64,000 nucleotides of DNA from Sulfuricurvum sp. (lineage in GTDB: Bacteria; Campylobacterota; Campylobacteria; Campylobacterales; Sulfurimonadaceae). Positions 32,341-42,551 of the stretch are shown in pieces; within the stretch, counting starts at the first letter, position 1; each line of letters starts with the position of its first letter. The stretch is from positions 65,426-129,425 of the forward strand of contig JAUYRN010000012.1 in NCBI GenBank assembly GCA_030696775.1. The letters are read 5' to 3'. Position numbers and translations under genes: made by a program. The notes under the pieces were generated by a model. The model was not told the DNA's origin and did no database searches. It saw only the letters and a program-made list of their open reading frames with translations.

Positions 32341-33291
32341 ATGGATCTGACTTTAGCAAATGAGTTTTATCGCAAAATGCTTTTAATTCGCCGATTTGAA
32401 GAAAAATGTGTGGAGCTTTACAGCAAAGAAAAAATCAGAGGATTTTTGCATCTGTACATCGGAGAAGAAGCGATTGCCGTGGGTCTTATGCATGCCCTTT
32501 CTCCAGAAGATGCCGTGTTTGCTACCTATCGTGAACATGGACAAGCCCTCGCACGTGGAATAGATCCGAAAAAAATCATGGCTGAAATGTACGGAAAAGT
32601 AGAAGGATGTTCTCGCGGACGAGGTGGTTCCATGCACCTTTTTGATGCTGAAACACGATTTTATGGAGGCAGCGCCATTGTAGCAGGAGGTTTACCGTTA
32701 GCGGTCGGGATGGCACTCTCAGATAAGATGATGAATCGCAACCGAGTCACCGTCTGTATTTTCGGAGATGGTGCTGTTGCAGAGGGAGAATTTCATGAAT
32801 CACTCAATCTTGCTGCTTTATGGCATCTTCCGGTTCTCTTTGTCTGTGAGAATAACCTCTATGCAATGGGAACTGCATTGAAATTCACCGAATCGGAAAC
32901 CAATATTTCTCTCAAAGCAGCTTCATACCGTATCCATTCTCAACAAGTCGATGGTATGGATGTTGAAGCAGTATCAAAATCAGTACAACAAGCAGTATCC
33001 GAGATTCGCTTGGGTAATGGCCCTATGTTTTTCGAATACCTCACCTACCGTTTCCGCGCTCATTCGATGTTCGATGCAGAGCTTTACCGCGACAAAGCAG
33101 AAGTAGAAGAATGGAAGAAAAAAGATCCTCTTATTCTCCTGCATCAACGCTGGAAGGATATTAATATCAATAAATATGAAACTGAAATCGCGGATATTAT
33201 TGATGAAGCAGTGACATTTGCCGAAAACGGCACACTCGAATCTATTGAGGATCTGGAAAAATTTCTTTACTCTGACGAGGTTGCACAATGA
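32341..33291 (+). CDS. pdhA: Pyruvate dehydrogenase E1 alpha subunit
   Basis: [25 protein letters not shown]...ENN and YRFRAHS. Confidence 0.93.
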   Translation: MDLTLANEFYRKMLLIRRFEEKCVELYSKEKIRGFLHLYIGEEAIAVGLMHALSPEDAVFATYREHGQALARGIDPKKIMAEMYGKVEGCSRGRGGSMHLFDAETRFYGGSAIVAGGLPLAVGMALSDKMMNRNRVTVCIFGDGAVAEGEFHESLNLAALWHLPVLFVCENNLYAMGTALKFTESETNISLKAASYRIHSQQVDGMDVEAVSKSVQQAVSEIRLGNGPMFFEYLTYRFRAHSMFDAELYRDKAEVEEWKKKDPLILLHQRWKDININKYETEIADIIDEAVTFAENGTLESIEDLEKFLYSDEVAQ

Positions 33292-34271
33292 GCTCTATTA
33301 TGACCTATCGAGAAGCGGTACGGCTTGGACTACGAGAAGCTATGGAAAAGGATGAACGCGTTTTTTTAATGGGGGAAGACGTCGGCCACTACGGAGGAAG
33401 TTACGCCGTCAGTATGGGATTCTTGGAAGATTTTGGTCCACAGCGTATTATTGATACACCCTTGTCTGAGTCAGCGTTTACCGGTGCTGGTATCGGTGCT
33501 GCTTTGGGCGGGATGCGTCCCATTGTCGAACTTATGACCGTAAATTTCAGTCTCTTGGCACTTGATCAGATCATGAACAATGCAGCAACCCTTCTTCACA
33601 TGTCGGGGGGTCAGTTTAATGTTCCGCTGGTTATCCGAATGGCAACAGGTGGAGGCAAACAGCTCGCTGCACAACACTCTCATTCGCTGGAAGGGTGGTA
33701 TGCGCATATTCCGGGACTAAAAGTGCTAACCCCTGCAACCATACAAGATGCGCACAATATGATTGGTTTGGCGCTTGCCGATCCTGATCCGGTATTAATT
33801 TTCGAGAGTGCGATGCTTTACAATTCTAAGGGGGTACTGGATACCCAAGCACTTCCTTTGCCTATTGGAAAAGCACGAATACAGCGAGCAGGTAAAGATC
33901 TAACCATTTTAACCTACGGCAGCAGTCTCTTTAAAGCACTTGAGGCTGCAAAAACTCTAATCCCAGAAGGAATTGATGCTGAAGTAATTGATTTGCGTTC
34001 TCTTCGTCCTTTAGATGATGAAACGATAATGAAATCGGTTGCTAAAACTCACCGTGTGCTGATCGTTGATGAGGGGTGGAAATCGGGAAGTATATCAGCA
34101 GAGATTATGGCGCGAATCAACGAACAGGCTTTTTTTGAACTTGATGCTCCGATGGCACGTTTATGCACAGCTGAAATTCCCCTCCCCTATCCCAAACATC
34201 TCGAAGATGCTGCCCTGCCTCATGCGGACAAAATTGTTGCGATGGCAAAAAAACTAATGGAGAAATCATGA
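33288..34271 (+). CDS. pdhB: Pyruvate dehydrogenase E1 beta subunit
   Basis: GEDV, DTPLSE, QHSHS and [13 protein letters not shown] overlap with pdhA. Confidence 0.93.
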   Translation: MSSIMTYREAVRLGLREAMEKDERVFLMGEDVGHYGGSYAVSMGFLEDFGPQRIIDTPLSESAFTGAGIGAALGGMRPIVELMTVNFSLLALDQIMNNAATLLHMSGGQFNVPLVIRMATGGGKQLAAQHSHSLEGWYAHIPGLKVLTPATIQDAHNMIGLALADPDPVLIFESAMLYNSKGVLDTQALPLPIGKARIQRAGKDLTILTYGSSLFKALEAAKTLIPEGIDAEVIDLRSLRPLDDETIMKSVAKTHRVLIVDEGWKSGSISAEIMARINEQAFFELDAPMARLCTAEIPLPYPKHLEDAALPHADKIVAMAKKLMEKS

Positions 34272-35344
34272 GCCAATTTGTTATGCCCAGTTTGGGCGCC
34301 GATATGGAATCCGCCATTTTGATGGAATGGCATGTCAAAGAAGGAGATCACGTCACCAAAGGTCAAGTCATTGCAGAGGTTGAAACGAACAAAGGCGTTA
34401 TAGAGATAGAAGTATTCGAAGAGGGATTTGTCGAAAAGATTCTCGTAAAAGAGGAGACGGAATGTAGCGTAGGTACACCACTGGCAATCATCCGAACTGA
34501 GGGAGAAAAACCAATAACCAAAGAAGCTCCCCAAAGCGAACGGATCAAAGTTTCCCCCGCAGCAAGGAAAAAAGCAAAAGAAATGGGTATCGAACTTAGT
34601 TCCTTAGCTGAGGGCACTGGAGAAATCCATCTTTCCCAAATAGAAACAACCTCAAAACCACTTTCCAATACTTCTCAACCAAGTGGTATGCGTCAAGCCA
34701 TAGCTCGCGCTATGAGCCGTTCCAATGCCGAAATTCCCCACTATTATCTCACGACCTCCATCAACATGACACCGGCACTTCACTGGCTCGAAGCACTCAA
34801 TGCTACCAGAGGTATCAAAGAACGGATTCTCCCGGCAGCCTTGCTGATTCGTGCCGTCGTCCTTGCACTAAAAACAGTACCAGAACTCAACGGATTTTGG
34901 GAAAATGATGCTCCAAACATCTCTCCTGCTATTAATCCCGCAATCGCAATAGCCTTACACAAAGAGGGACTGATTACTCCGGCACTTCTTAATGCCGATT
35001 CGATGGGGCTGGATGAGACCATGCATCAACTTGATGATCTTATCACCCGTACCCGTGCTGGAAAACTGCGAAACACAGAAATTACACAGCAAACTATTAC
35101 GATTACCAACCTTGGTGATTTAGGTGTAGAGAGCGTGTTCGGTGTCATCTATCCACCACAGATTGCTCTTGTAGGATTGGGTCGGATTATGGATGCTCCA
35201 TGGGCAGAAGGTGATGCTCTGTGTGTACGTAAAGTGATGAAGGCAACACTTGCCGGTGACCACCGTGCCACAGATGGACGAACCGGAGCCAAATTTCTGG
35301 AAAAACTAAACGATCTATTGCAACACCCACAGGAGCTACTATGA
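34268..35344 (+). CDS. pdhC: Dihydrolipoamide acyltransferase (E2), single lipoyl domain
   Basis: Lipoyl domain ETNKG, E3-binding SPAARKKA and catalytic DHRATDG. Confidence 0.92.
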   Translation: MSQFVMPSLGADMESAILMEWHVKEGDHVTKGQVIAEVETNKGVIEIEVFEEGFVEKILVKEETECSVGTPLAIIRTEGEKPITKEAPQSERIKVSPAARKKAKEMGIELSSLAEGTGEIHLSQIETTSKPLSNTSQPSGMRQAIARAMSRSNAEIPHYYLTTSINMTPALHWLEALNATRGIKERILPAALLIRAVVLALKTVPELNGFWENDAPNISPAINPAIAIALHKEGLITPALLNADSMGLDETMHQLDDLITRTRAGKLRNTEITQQTITITNLGDLGVESVFGVIYPPQIALVGLGRIMDAPWAEGDALCVRKVMKATLAGDHRATDGRTGAKFLEKLNDLLQHPQELL

Positions 35345-35583
35345 CCCAAGAGCAAATAAAATCCGCCATCATCGAACAAATATTGGAAATTGCCCCTGAT
35401 ATCGATGAAGCGGATATCATCCCCGATAAAAATATTCAACGCTCACTGGAGATCGATTCGTTTGATTTTCTAAAAATATTGATGAATCTAAGTGAAATAC
35501 TAGGCGTTGAGGTTCCCGAATCAGATTATGCGAAAGTGGATACAGTAGATCATATGTGTGCGTATTTTATGGAGCATCGATAA
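35341..35583 (+). CDS. Acyl carrier protein
   Basis: 80 aa and acidic, with LEIDSFD phosphopantetheine Ser motif. ATGA overlap with pdhC. Confidence 0.88.
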   Translation: MTQEQIKSAIIEQILEIAPDIDEADIIPDKNIQRSLEIDSFDFLKILMNLSEILGVEVPESDYAKVDTVDHMCAYFMEHR

Positions 35584-35649
35584 TAAAATCATATTTATCT
35601 CATTAACTTTTGTTACGATAAATAAACTTATATAAATGAAGGAGTTACC

Positions 35650-36081
35650 ATGTCATCAAAACTTATTATCGTAGCTGATCTACAGCGCTTTAAACTCTTT
35701 AGTACCAAAGTGGATCCACTAGGAAGAGAAGCAGTTAAACTCATGGAAGGCAGTGAAAGCCTAGATATTCATCAGCGATTAAGTGAGAAAGTTTCAGATC
35801 AACAGGGTAATTTTAAAGGTGTTGGTGCCAGTGGATCAGGTGAAGATCATAATATAGAACTGGAAGAAGAGCGCCGCCGTATTAAAGATATTGCAGAACA
35901 AATCAATAAAACAATTGAGCAGCATGGACCGCGATCATGGTATTTTGCAGCACCAAAAGCTATCAATAAGCAAATAGTTGAATTACTGAATCCAGCGGTT
36001 AAAATGACTATGATTATGAACCTTCATTCGGATTTCACAAAAATTCCTGATGATCAGGTATTGGAACATTTTACAAAATAA
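35650..36081 (+). CDS. Host attachment family protein (AtsE-like, release-factor-related fold)
   Basis: LIIVAD N-terminus, SDQQG, FAAPK and DFTK, typical of the family. Confidence 0.75.
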   Translation: MSSKLIIVADLQRFKLFSTKVDPLGREAVKLMEGSESLDIHQRLSEKVSDQQGNFKGVGASGSGEDHNIELEEERRRIKDIAEQINKTIEQHGPRSWYFAAPKAINKQIVELLNPAVKMTMIMNLHSDFTKIPDDQVLEHFTK

Positions 36082-36104
36082 CGCAGATAATTAAAGGGGT
36101 CCGA

Positions 36105-37130
36105 ATGTCATCTATAGCATGGCTTTCCAAAAAACTTGACGATGGGAGGATTGCATGTGAAGCATGCAATCAACACTGCAAACTAAGCGAAGGTGAATAC
36201 GGTATTTGCGGGATTCGTAAAGTCGAAAATGGTGAGCTTTATTTACTGACGTACGGACTTGCAGCAGCAGTCAATGTTGATCCGATAGAAAAAAAACCCA
36301 TGTTTAATTTTTTACCCGGTTCAAGCGTCTTTTCGTTTGGAACGGTTGGATGTAATTTTTCCTGCAAATTTTGTCAAAATGCAGATATTTCACAATATCC
36401 GAAAGAACATAATCATGAGATAATCGGACATCCTTTATCTCCACAGCGAGCCGTTGCTAAAGCCCTCGAATATGGGTGTCAAAGCATTGCGTACACGTAC
36501 AATGAACCGGTTGTCTTTTTCGAATACACCTACGATACCGCAAAACTTGCGCATGAAGCAGGTTTAAAAAACATCTACGTCACAAGCGGGTATGAAACGC
36601 ACAAAGCCATCGATACCATAGCCCCTTATTTGGACGGTATGAATATTGATATTAAAGGATATAGCCAGTCTTTTTATAAAGACATCTGCGGTGCATCTCT
36701 CAAACCTGTGCTGGATACGATCGAATATGCCCACAAAAAAGGGATATGGATAGAGACAACGACTCTGCTCATTCCTGGATACAACGATTCGGATGATGAG
36801 ATTCGAGCAATCGCACAATTTCAAGCCAGCCTCGATACCAATATGCCGTGGCACATCAGTGCTTTTCATCCGATGTATAAAATGTTAAATGTTCCTCGTA
36901 CACCCGCGCAAACACTTCGTCGTGCCTATGATATTGGTAAGGACGTCGGATTAAAGTATGTGTATGTTGGAAATATTGACGATGAAGCAAGAGAATCAAC
37001 CTACTGTCCAAAATGCGGAAAACTGGTCATCGATCGTCACGGCCATATCGGGCAGTATGTAACGAACCATTTAGTCAATAATAACCAGTGCCCTTCATGC
37101 AGTTATACACTGCATGGTATTTGGCAATAG
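36105..37130 (+). CDS. amrS: AmmeMemoRadiSam system radical SAM enzyme
   Basis: N-terminal CxxC..C..C, DPIEKKP, GCNFSCKFCQN, YTYNEP and C-terminal CPxC pairs. Confidence 0.92.
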   Translation: MSSIAWLSKKLDDGRIACEACNQHCKLSEGEYGICGIRKVENGELYLLTYGLAAAVNVDPIEKKPMFNFLPGSSVFSFGTVGCNFSCKFCQNADISQYPKEHNHEIIGHPLSPQRAVAKALEYGCQSIAYTYNEPVVFFEYTYDTAKLAHEAGLKNIYVTSGYETHKAIDTIAPYLDGMNIDIKGYSQSFYKDICGASLKPVLDTIEYAHKKGIWIETTTLLIPGYNDSDDEIRAIAQFQASLDTNMPWHISAFHPMYKMLNVPRTPAQTLRRAYDIGKDVGLKYVYVGNIDDEARESTYCPKCGKLVIDRHGHIGQYVTNHLVNNNQCPSCSYTLHGIWQ

Positions 37131-37154
37131 TATCTAACCCTAAAAGGATATAAA

Positions 37155-37493
37155 ATGCATACTCGTAATGATTTAAACCACAAGGTTTTTGAAAAAATTC
37201 TGCTCGCAGATAAGGAGAAGATCATTGCTAATATTGAATCTTTAAAAGCAGAAATCGATGCGCTTGTTATTGAAGATGGGATTAATGATGTTGAAGATCT
37301 GGTCGAATTACAGATCGATAACACTTCAGATCAAGCACTTCTGCATAGGCTTGAAACTGAATTATCCGAAGTCAATGCTGCATTAAATCGTATCCAATCG
37401 GGCGTTTACGGTATATGTGAAAAAACAGCTAAAAAAATCCCCATTGAGCGATTAATAGCCAATCCATCCGCCAGAACCATTGTTCTTGTCTAG
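37155..37493 (+). CDS. TraR/DksA family protein lacking a complete C4 zinc finger
   Basis: Coiled coil with DVED, AALNRI..G.YGIC and IPIERL.A.P; only one Cys. Confidence 0.85.
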   Translation: MHTRNDLNHKVFEKILLADKEKIIANIESLKAEIDALVIEDGINDVEDLVELQIDNTSDQALLHRLETELSEVNAALNRIQSGVYGICEKTAKKIPIERLIANPSARTIVLV

Positions 37494-37518
37494 ACATATA
37501 CGGCAGATTTATACTATT

Positions 37519-38133
37519 ATGAACAGTAATCCAGAACTTATTAATCATCTCATCAGATCAGGTGCTCTTCACTCTACCGCACTGATAAAAGCATTTCGAG
37601 AATGTGACCGTAGTCTTTTTGTCCCAAAAGAACTGAATGATGAAATCTATGGTGATTATCCACTGCCAATCGGTATGGGACAAACTATTTCTTAGCCCAC
37701 AACGGTCGCTATTATGCTGGAACTTTTACAACCACAATCCGGTGAGAAGATTTTAGATATTGGTTCAGGTTCAGGATGGACAACCGCCCTTTTAGCGACA
37801 GCTGTCGGTAAAGATGGATTCGTAGAAGGTATTGAGCGTATTGAATATCTCGTAGAGTATGGACAACAACGTTTAAAAAATGCGAATATTGACAATGCAT
37901 CGATTGAATTGGCAAATCCATCTGTTCTTGGAAAACCTGGTCATCTGTATGACCGCATTCTCGTTTCTGCGAGTGCTATGGATATGCCAATGGAATTATT
38001 GGATCAGCTCAAACCTGATGGAATTCTGGTTATTCCGATTTTAGAGAGCGTTTGGCGTATTACAAAAGCAAGAAACGGTGAAATAAAAAGCTATGAATTG
38101 CCGGGCTTTCGTTTCGTTCCGCTTATCAGATAA
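37519..38133 (+). pseudogene. pcm: Protein-L-isoaspartate O-methyltransferase with in-frame TAG at 37693-37695
   Basis: The ORFs 37480-37695 and 37714-38133 are in one frame and read GQTIS*PTTV..MLELL..ILDIGSGSGW. The stop replaces the Gln of TISQP. Confidence 0.85.
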
Positions 38134-38211
38134 ATTGTCTAAAAAGTAAAAATCATAAGGCTTTGAGGGTTCACCTGATAGTATTATGCATCCTAGATTC
38201 AAAGATACAAC

Positions 38212-38763
38212 ATGAACCCAAAAATAGATGAACTTTTCCATGCAATACGTCTTCTGGAAGAGAACCTGTTAAAAGAAATAGACCAAGAAGAACAGAAACT
38301 TACGCGAGATCTTCTGCTTGCACAAAAAAAGTTTAAAATAAATTTACTTGTATATATCACTCGCGCACCGCTGTTACATCTTTTGACGGCTCCTATTATC
38401 TATGCCGGTATTATTCCCGCATTTATTTTAGAATTTTTCTTGTTTATCTTTCAAATGGTCAATTTTAGGGTTTACAAGATTGCTCCTGTAATCCGAAAGG
38501 ACTATTTTGCCTTTGATCGTGCTGGTTTAGAATTTCTAAATATTATAGAAAAAATCAACTGTTTTTATTGCTCATACTTTAGTGGTCTATTGGCTTATAC
38601 AACTGAAATAGTCGCACGTACAGAACAATTTTGGTGCCCGATTCGACACGCACGTAAACTGCGCTTTCACCATTCCCATTACTTTAAATTTACCCCTTAC
38701 GGAGACGGTGAACGTTATCGTAAAGAACTGCCAAAACTTCGAGATGATCTAAAAGAAAAATGA
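38212..38763 (+). CDS. Hypothetical membrane protein with NCFYC and FWCPIRH motifs
   Basis: 183 aa with a central hydrophobic segment and clustered Cys/His residues. Confidence 0.75.
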   Translation: MNPKIDELFHAIRLLEENLLKEIDQEEQKLTRDLLLAQKKFKINLLVYITRAPLLHLLTAPIIYAGIIPAFILEFFLFIFQMVNFRVYKIAPVIRKDYFAFDRAGLEFLNIIEKINCFYCSYFSGLLAYTTEIVARTEQFWCPIRHARKLRFHHSHYFKFTPYGDGERYRKELPKLRDDLKEK

Positions 38764-38836
38764 TTTATTAGTAACACATTAGTATTTCAACTGTTCTTGT
38801 TTATAATACCGCCCATTAAAATACGAGGTAACTATT

Positions 38837-39076
38837 ATGGATTTAAAACAGCAATTAGTGAACTATGGATGTGGAGCAGAATTTATTGATATTGCGTTGG
38901 GGTATGAACAATTTTATAAACCAGAGCAAGACATCGAAACATTTATTGATTATGTCGAAGAAGCGCATGCAAAAGTCGAAGAAGCTGAGTATGCAGAGAA
39001 TATGGAGAAAGAAATTGTCAATCCCTCTGACCTTACCGAAGCATTTCAAGAATTTGAAGACGAAGAATCACTTTAA
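38837..39076 (+). CDS. Small acidic hypothetical protein
   Basis: 79 aa with an upstream GAGG RBS and a TATAAT -10. Confidence 0.6.
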   Translation: MDLKQQLVNYGCGAEFIDIALGYEQFYKPEQDIETFIDYVEEAHAKVEEAEYAENMEKEIVNPSDLTEAFQEFEDEESL

Positions 39077-39261
39077 GATAACGGTGTCGTCTGAACCACA
39101 GAATACAGTTCGTCTTTGAGAGTGTTGAGATGTTTGATAACATTATCACGTCGTGTTTCATCCATCTCGAAATGCTGTTCGATTGAGTCGTAGATTCGAT
39201 CAATACTTGCGTAGATTTCAACCATAAGCTGCTCTTTTATCTTTTCGTGTACGTCTGCCAT
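39073..39261 (-). CDS. Small hypothetical protein
   Basis: 62-aa helical ORF with an upstream GAGG; convergent with the previous gene. Confidence 0.6.
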   Translation of the reverse strand: MADVHEKIKEQLMVEIYASIDRIYDSIEQHFEMDETRRDNVIKHLNTLKDELYSVVQTTPLS

Positions 39262-39307
39262 AAATTTTCCTCTTTGTTTGACTCAACATTCCTAAGAATA
39301 TTCAACC

Positions 39308-39331
39308 AAAAAATCTCTGCCGGAGCAGAGA
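39308..39331 (-). terminator. Intrinsic terminator after nifK
   Basis: TCTCTGC-CGGA-GCAGAGA stem with a T-run on the minus strand. Confidence 0.7.
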
Positions 39332-39374
39332 ATGACGAGAATCAATGAAATTTTGTCCCAAAAGGGACTAAGGT

Positions 39375-40919
39375 TTAGCGTATAAGGTCGAAGAAATAGT
39401 CGGTTGTTGCGATACCTTTGGTATCTTCATCCAACTGGTCAAGAACTTTGTTCGTGATCCAAGTAAGAAGGTTCAAAGCCCCATCGTACCCGCTGATAGA
39501 GTAACGGTGAAGGTGGTGACGGTCGAAGATTGGGAATCCGATGTAGATCAACGGAGTACCAGTATCGCGCATCAACTCTTTACCATAGCTGTTACCGATC
39601 ATGAAATCGACAGGCTCAGTGAAGAGAAGTGAACGCATTGCCCACAAGTCTTTACCAGCCCATACATTCAAACTGTCTTTTGCAGGAGACGTATCGAGCA
39701 TTGCTCTCATCTCTGCTTCCCAACCGTTTGGTGCATTGTGGCAAAGAACGTGAGTAGGCTCAGCACCCATCTCTAACAAGAATGATACTGCACCGATTAG
39801 GAAGTCAGGATCACCCCAGATAGCGAATTTTTTACCGTGCATGTACGGATAGCTGTCTTGCATAGCATCAACTAAACGGCCGCGCTCGATTTTTAGTTTT
39901 GATGGAACTTCTGTCCCTGTCAATTCTGCAAGTTTCATAACAAATTCATCTGTCCCTTTAAGACCGACTGGGTTAGAGAATCCACCTGCATGTTTCCAAC
40001 GTTTTTCGACCATTTTCATGGTTTTAACGGTAGCGTATTTTTGTAAAGAGATCGTTGCACTTGAATTGATACAATCTTTTGCATCATCCAATTTTGTTCC
40101 GCCTTGGAACATTTCGTATTGACCTGCTGGCATATCCCACTGATCAGAGTGGTCTCCCAACATAATATAGTCAGTTCCGAATGCTTCTACGATACTTTTT
40201 ACCGAACGAAGGCTTCCGATGTACGTTTCAAAACCAGGAATGATGTTGATACGTTGTTTCGTTTCGCCTTTGTTTCCTTCTGTAAGCTGTGACATGATAC
40301 CGTGCATCATGTTATCATATCCAGTAATATGACTTCCAACGAATGATGGAGTATGCGCATAAGGGATTGGATAATCAGAAGCAAGGTATTCGCCGCCGTC
40401 TTCTTCTTTTGCTGCAATGATAAACGCCATCAAGTCGTCACCGATTACTTCTGCCATACATGTGGTAGAAACAGCGATCATTTTAGGTTTATAAACAGCA
40501 GCACAGTTTTTAAGACCCTCTTTCATATTTACCAATCCACCAAATACTGCAGCATCTTCAGTCATAGAATCCGATACACATGGTGTAGGCTCTTTGAAGT
40601 GACGAGTAAAGTATGAACGGAAATACGCAACACATCCATGTGAACCATGAACGTAAGGCATAGTACCTTCAAATCCGAGTGCAACCATAACCGCACCAAG
40701 TGGTTGGCATGCTTTAGCAGGATTAACAGTAATAGCTTCCCTGGCAAGGTTTTTCTCACGGTAATCCCATGATTTAGTCCACTCAGCAATCTCTTCTACT
40801 TTCGCAGGATTAACAGCGAGCATGGACGACTCAAATTGTTTTTTGTTTTTAAGTACTTCTTGATACTCAGGTCGTTTAAACAGGTCTTTCCCGTTGACGA
40901 TTTTTTCTACTTCTTGCAT
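39375..40919 (-). CDS. nifK: Nitrogenase MoFe protein beta chain
   Basis: P-cluster Cys in KACQPLG, SHGCVAY and TTCMAE. Start MQEVEK has an AAGGA RBS. Confidence 0.97.
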   Translation of the reverse strand: MQEVEKIVNGKDLFKRPEYQEVLKNKKQFESSMLAVNPAKVEEIAEWTKSWDYREKNLAREAITVNPAKACQPLGAVMVALGFEGTMPYVHGSHGCVAYFRSYFTRHFKEPTPCVSDSMTEDAAVFGGLVNMKEGLKNCAAVYKPKMIAVSTTCMAEVIGDDLMAFIIAAKEEDGGEYLASDYPIPYAHTPSFVGSHITGYDNMMHGIMSQLTEGNKGETKQRINIIPGFETYIGSLRSVKSIVEAFGTDYIMLGDHSDQWDMPAGQYEMFQGGTKLDDAKDCINSSATISLQKYATVKTMKMVEKRWKHAGGFSNPVGLKGTDEFVMKLAELTGTEVPSKLKIERGRLVDAMQDSYPYMHGKKFAIWGDPDFLIGAVSFLLEMGAEPTHVLCHNAPNGWEAEMRAMLDTSPAKDSLNVWAGKDLWAMRSLLFTEPVDFMIGNSYGKELMRDTGTPLIYIGFPIFDRHHLHRYSISGYDGALNLLTWITNKVLDQLDEDTKGIATTDYFFDLIR

Positions 40920-41070
40920 TGTGTTTTCCTTGGTATAGACAATTTTCTGCCTCATACGAGGCAAGGAATTTTCAAAGCGCCAAAAGCGCAAGGGCCTTCT
41001 GCGAGAGCCAACTCAGTGTGTTTAATGCATCTGAGCTAGACTTTGCTCGCTCAGCTTAGGAAAAAAGGCT

Positions 41071-42537
41071 TCAGCCTTCTTTCTCCCATGGTGCTTTTGA
41101 ATGTGCCCATACAGGAGAATTGATCGCAAGATCCATATCCTGGGCGAAAATAGCGAATCCATCGTACCCGTGGTAAGGTCCGCTGTAATCCCATGAGTGC
41201 ATTTGACGGTATGGGAGACCCATTTTTTGGAATACATACTTCTCTTTGATCCCAGAAGCTACAAGATCTGGTTGAAGTTTTTTAACAAATGCTTCAAGCT
41301 CATACTCGTTAACGTCATCATAGATAACAGTTGAACGGAAGATCTCTTCTTTAGTACGTTTGTAGTCATCATCATGAGCGAACTCATATCCTGTTCCGAT
41401 TACTTCCATACCCAAATCTTCATATGCTCCGATAACGTGACGAGGACGAAGACCGCCGACGAACAACATAACCGTTTTACCTTCAAGACGTGGCTTATAT
41501 TTTGCGATAACCGCATCGATCATCGGTTGATATTTAGCGATAACTTCTTCACATTTTTTCTGAACACTTTCGTCAAAGAACGCCGCGATTTTACGGAGTG
41601 ATTTGATGGTTTGTGACGGTCCGAAGAAGTTGTACTCGATCCAAGGAATCCCGTACTCTTTTTCCATGTGACGGCTGATATAGTTCATTGAACGGTAGCA
41701 GTGAAGCAAGTTCAATTTTACTTTTGGTGTCAATGCCATCTCTTTAAGAGTTGCATCTCCTGACCATTGTGCAACAACACGAAGGCCCATTTCTTCCAAA
41801 AGGATACGGCTTGACCATGCGTCACCACCGATGTTATAGTCACCGATAATTGCTACGTCATACTCAGTCGTTTCAACATCGCTTGTATTAACATTTACTT
41901 TACCATCAAAGATAAAGTCACGTACTGTGTCATTTGCAATGTGGTGCCCAAGACTTTGCGAAACTCCACGGAAACCTTCACAGTTAACAGGAACGATAAC
42001 TTTATCAAGCTCTTTTGCTTTAACACGTGCTACTGCACCGATATCATCCCCGATCAAACCGATTGGACATTCTGATTGGACAGTGATACCATTATTAAGA
42101 GGGAAAAGTACTTCGATTTCATCGATACATTTACCCAATTTTTTATCTCCGCCGAAAACGATGTTGTTCTCTTGGAAATCCGAGCTAAAGTTCATCGTTA
42201 CAAACGTATCAACACCCGTTACACCGATGTAATAGTTACGACGACCTGCACGGCTATATTGACCGCATCCGATTGGTCCGTGACTGATGTGGATCATATC
42301 TTTGACAGGACCCCATACAACCCCTTTAGAACCTGCATAAGCACAACCGCGTTGGCTCATAACACCGGGAACGGTTTTTTTGTTTGAACGGACATCGCCG
42401 CACGTTTTTTGATTTTCATCATTTGGAGATCCGACACCTAAATGTTTTTCACGGTTTTTCGCCGCTTTTTCAGGATACGCTTTTAAGATCTCTTCAATGG
42501 CCGCTTTTTGTTTGGCTTCTAGTGATTCTGGTCCCAT
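41071..42537 (-). CDS. nifD: Nitrogenase MoFe protein alpha chain
   Basis: P-cluster [14 protein letters not shown] and SECPIG; FeMoco ligands LHCYRSM and MHSWDY. Confidence 0.98.
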   Translation of the reverse strand: MGPESLEAKQKAAIEEILKAYPEKAAKNREKHLGVGSPNDENQKTCGDVRSNKKTVPGVMSQRGCAYAGSKGVVWGPVKDMIHISHGPIGCGQYSRAGRRNYYIGVTGVDTFVTMNFSSDFQENNIVFGGDKKLGKCIDEIEVLFPLNNGITVQSECPIGLIGDDIGAVARVKAKELDKVIVPVNCEGFRGVSQSLGHHIANDTVRDFIFDGKVNVNTSDVETTEYDVAIIGDYNIGGDAWSSRILLEEMGLRVVAQWSGDATLKEMALTPKVKLNLLHCYRSMNYISRHMEKEYGIPWIEYNFFGPSQTIKSLRKIAAFFDESVQKKCEEVIAKYQPMIDAVIAKYKPRLEGKTVMLFVGGLRPRHVIGAYEDLGMEVIGTGYEFAHDDDYKRTKEEIFRSTVIYDDVNEYELEAFVKKLQPDLVASGIKEKYVFQKMGLPYRQMHSWDYSGPYHGYDGFAIFAQDMDLAINSPVWAHSKAPWEKEG

Positions 42538-42551
42538 AATACACCTCTTCC

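Noticed and set aside
37693-37695. Pyrrolysine or amber recoding in pcm
   Set aside because: No pyl genes are visible, TAG ends other genes normally, and a single CAG-to-TAG change explains it.
40920-40991. N-terminal extension of NifK in the ORF track
   Set aside because: An RBS (AAGGA) and homology support the start at 40919.
41071-42537. Alternative V- or Fe-only nitrogenase
   Set aside because: There is no vnfG/anfG-like gene between D and K, and the sequences around Cys275/His442 (LHCYRSM, MHSWDY) and the long NifK N-terminus are Mo-type.
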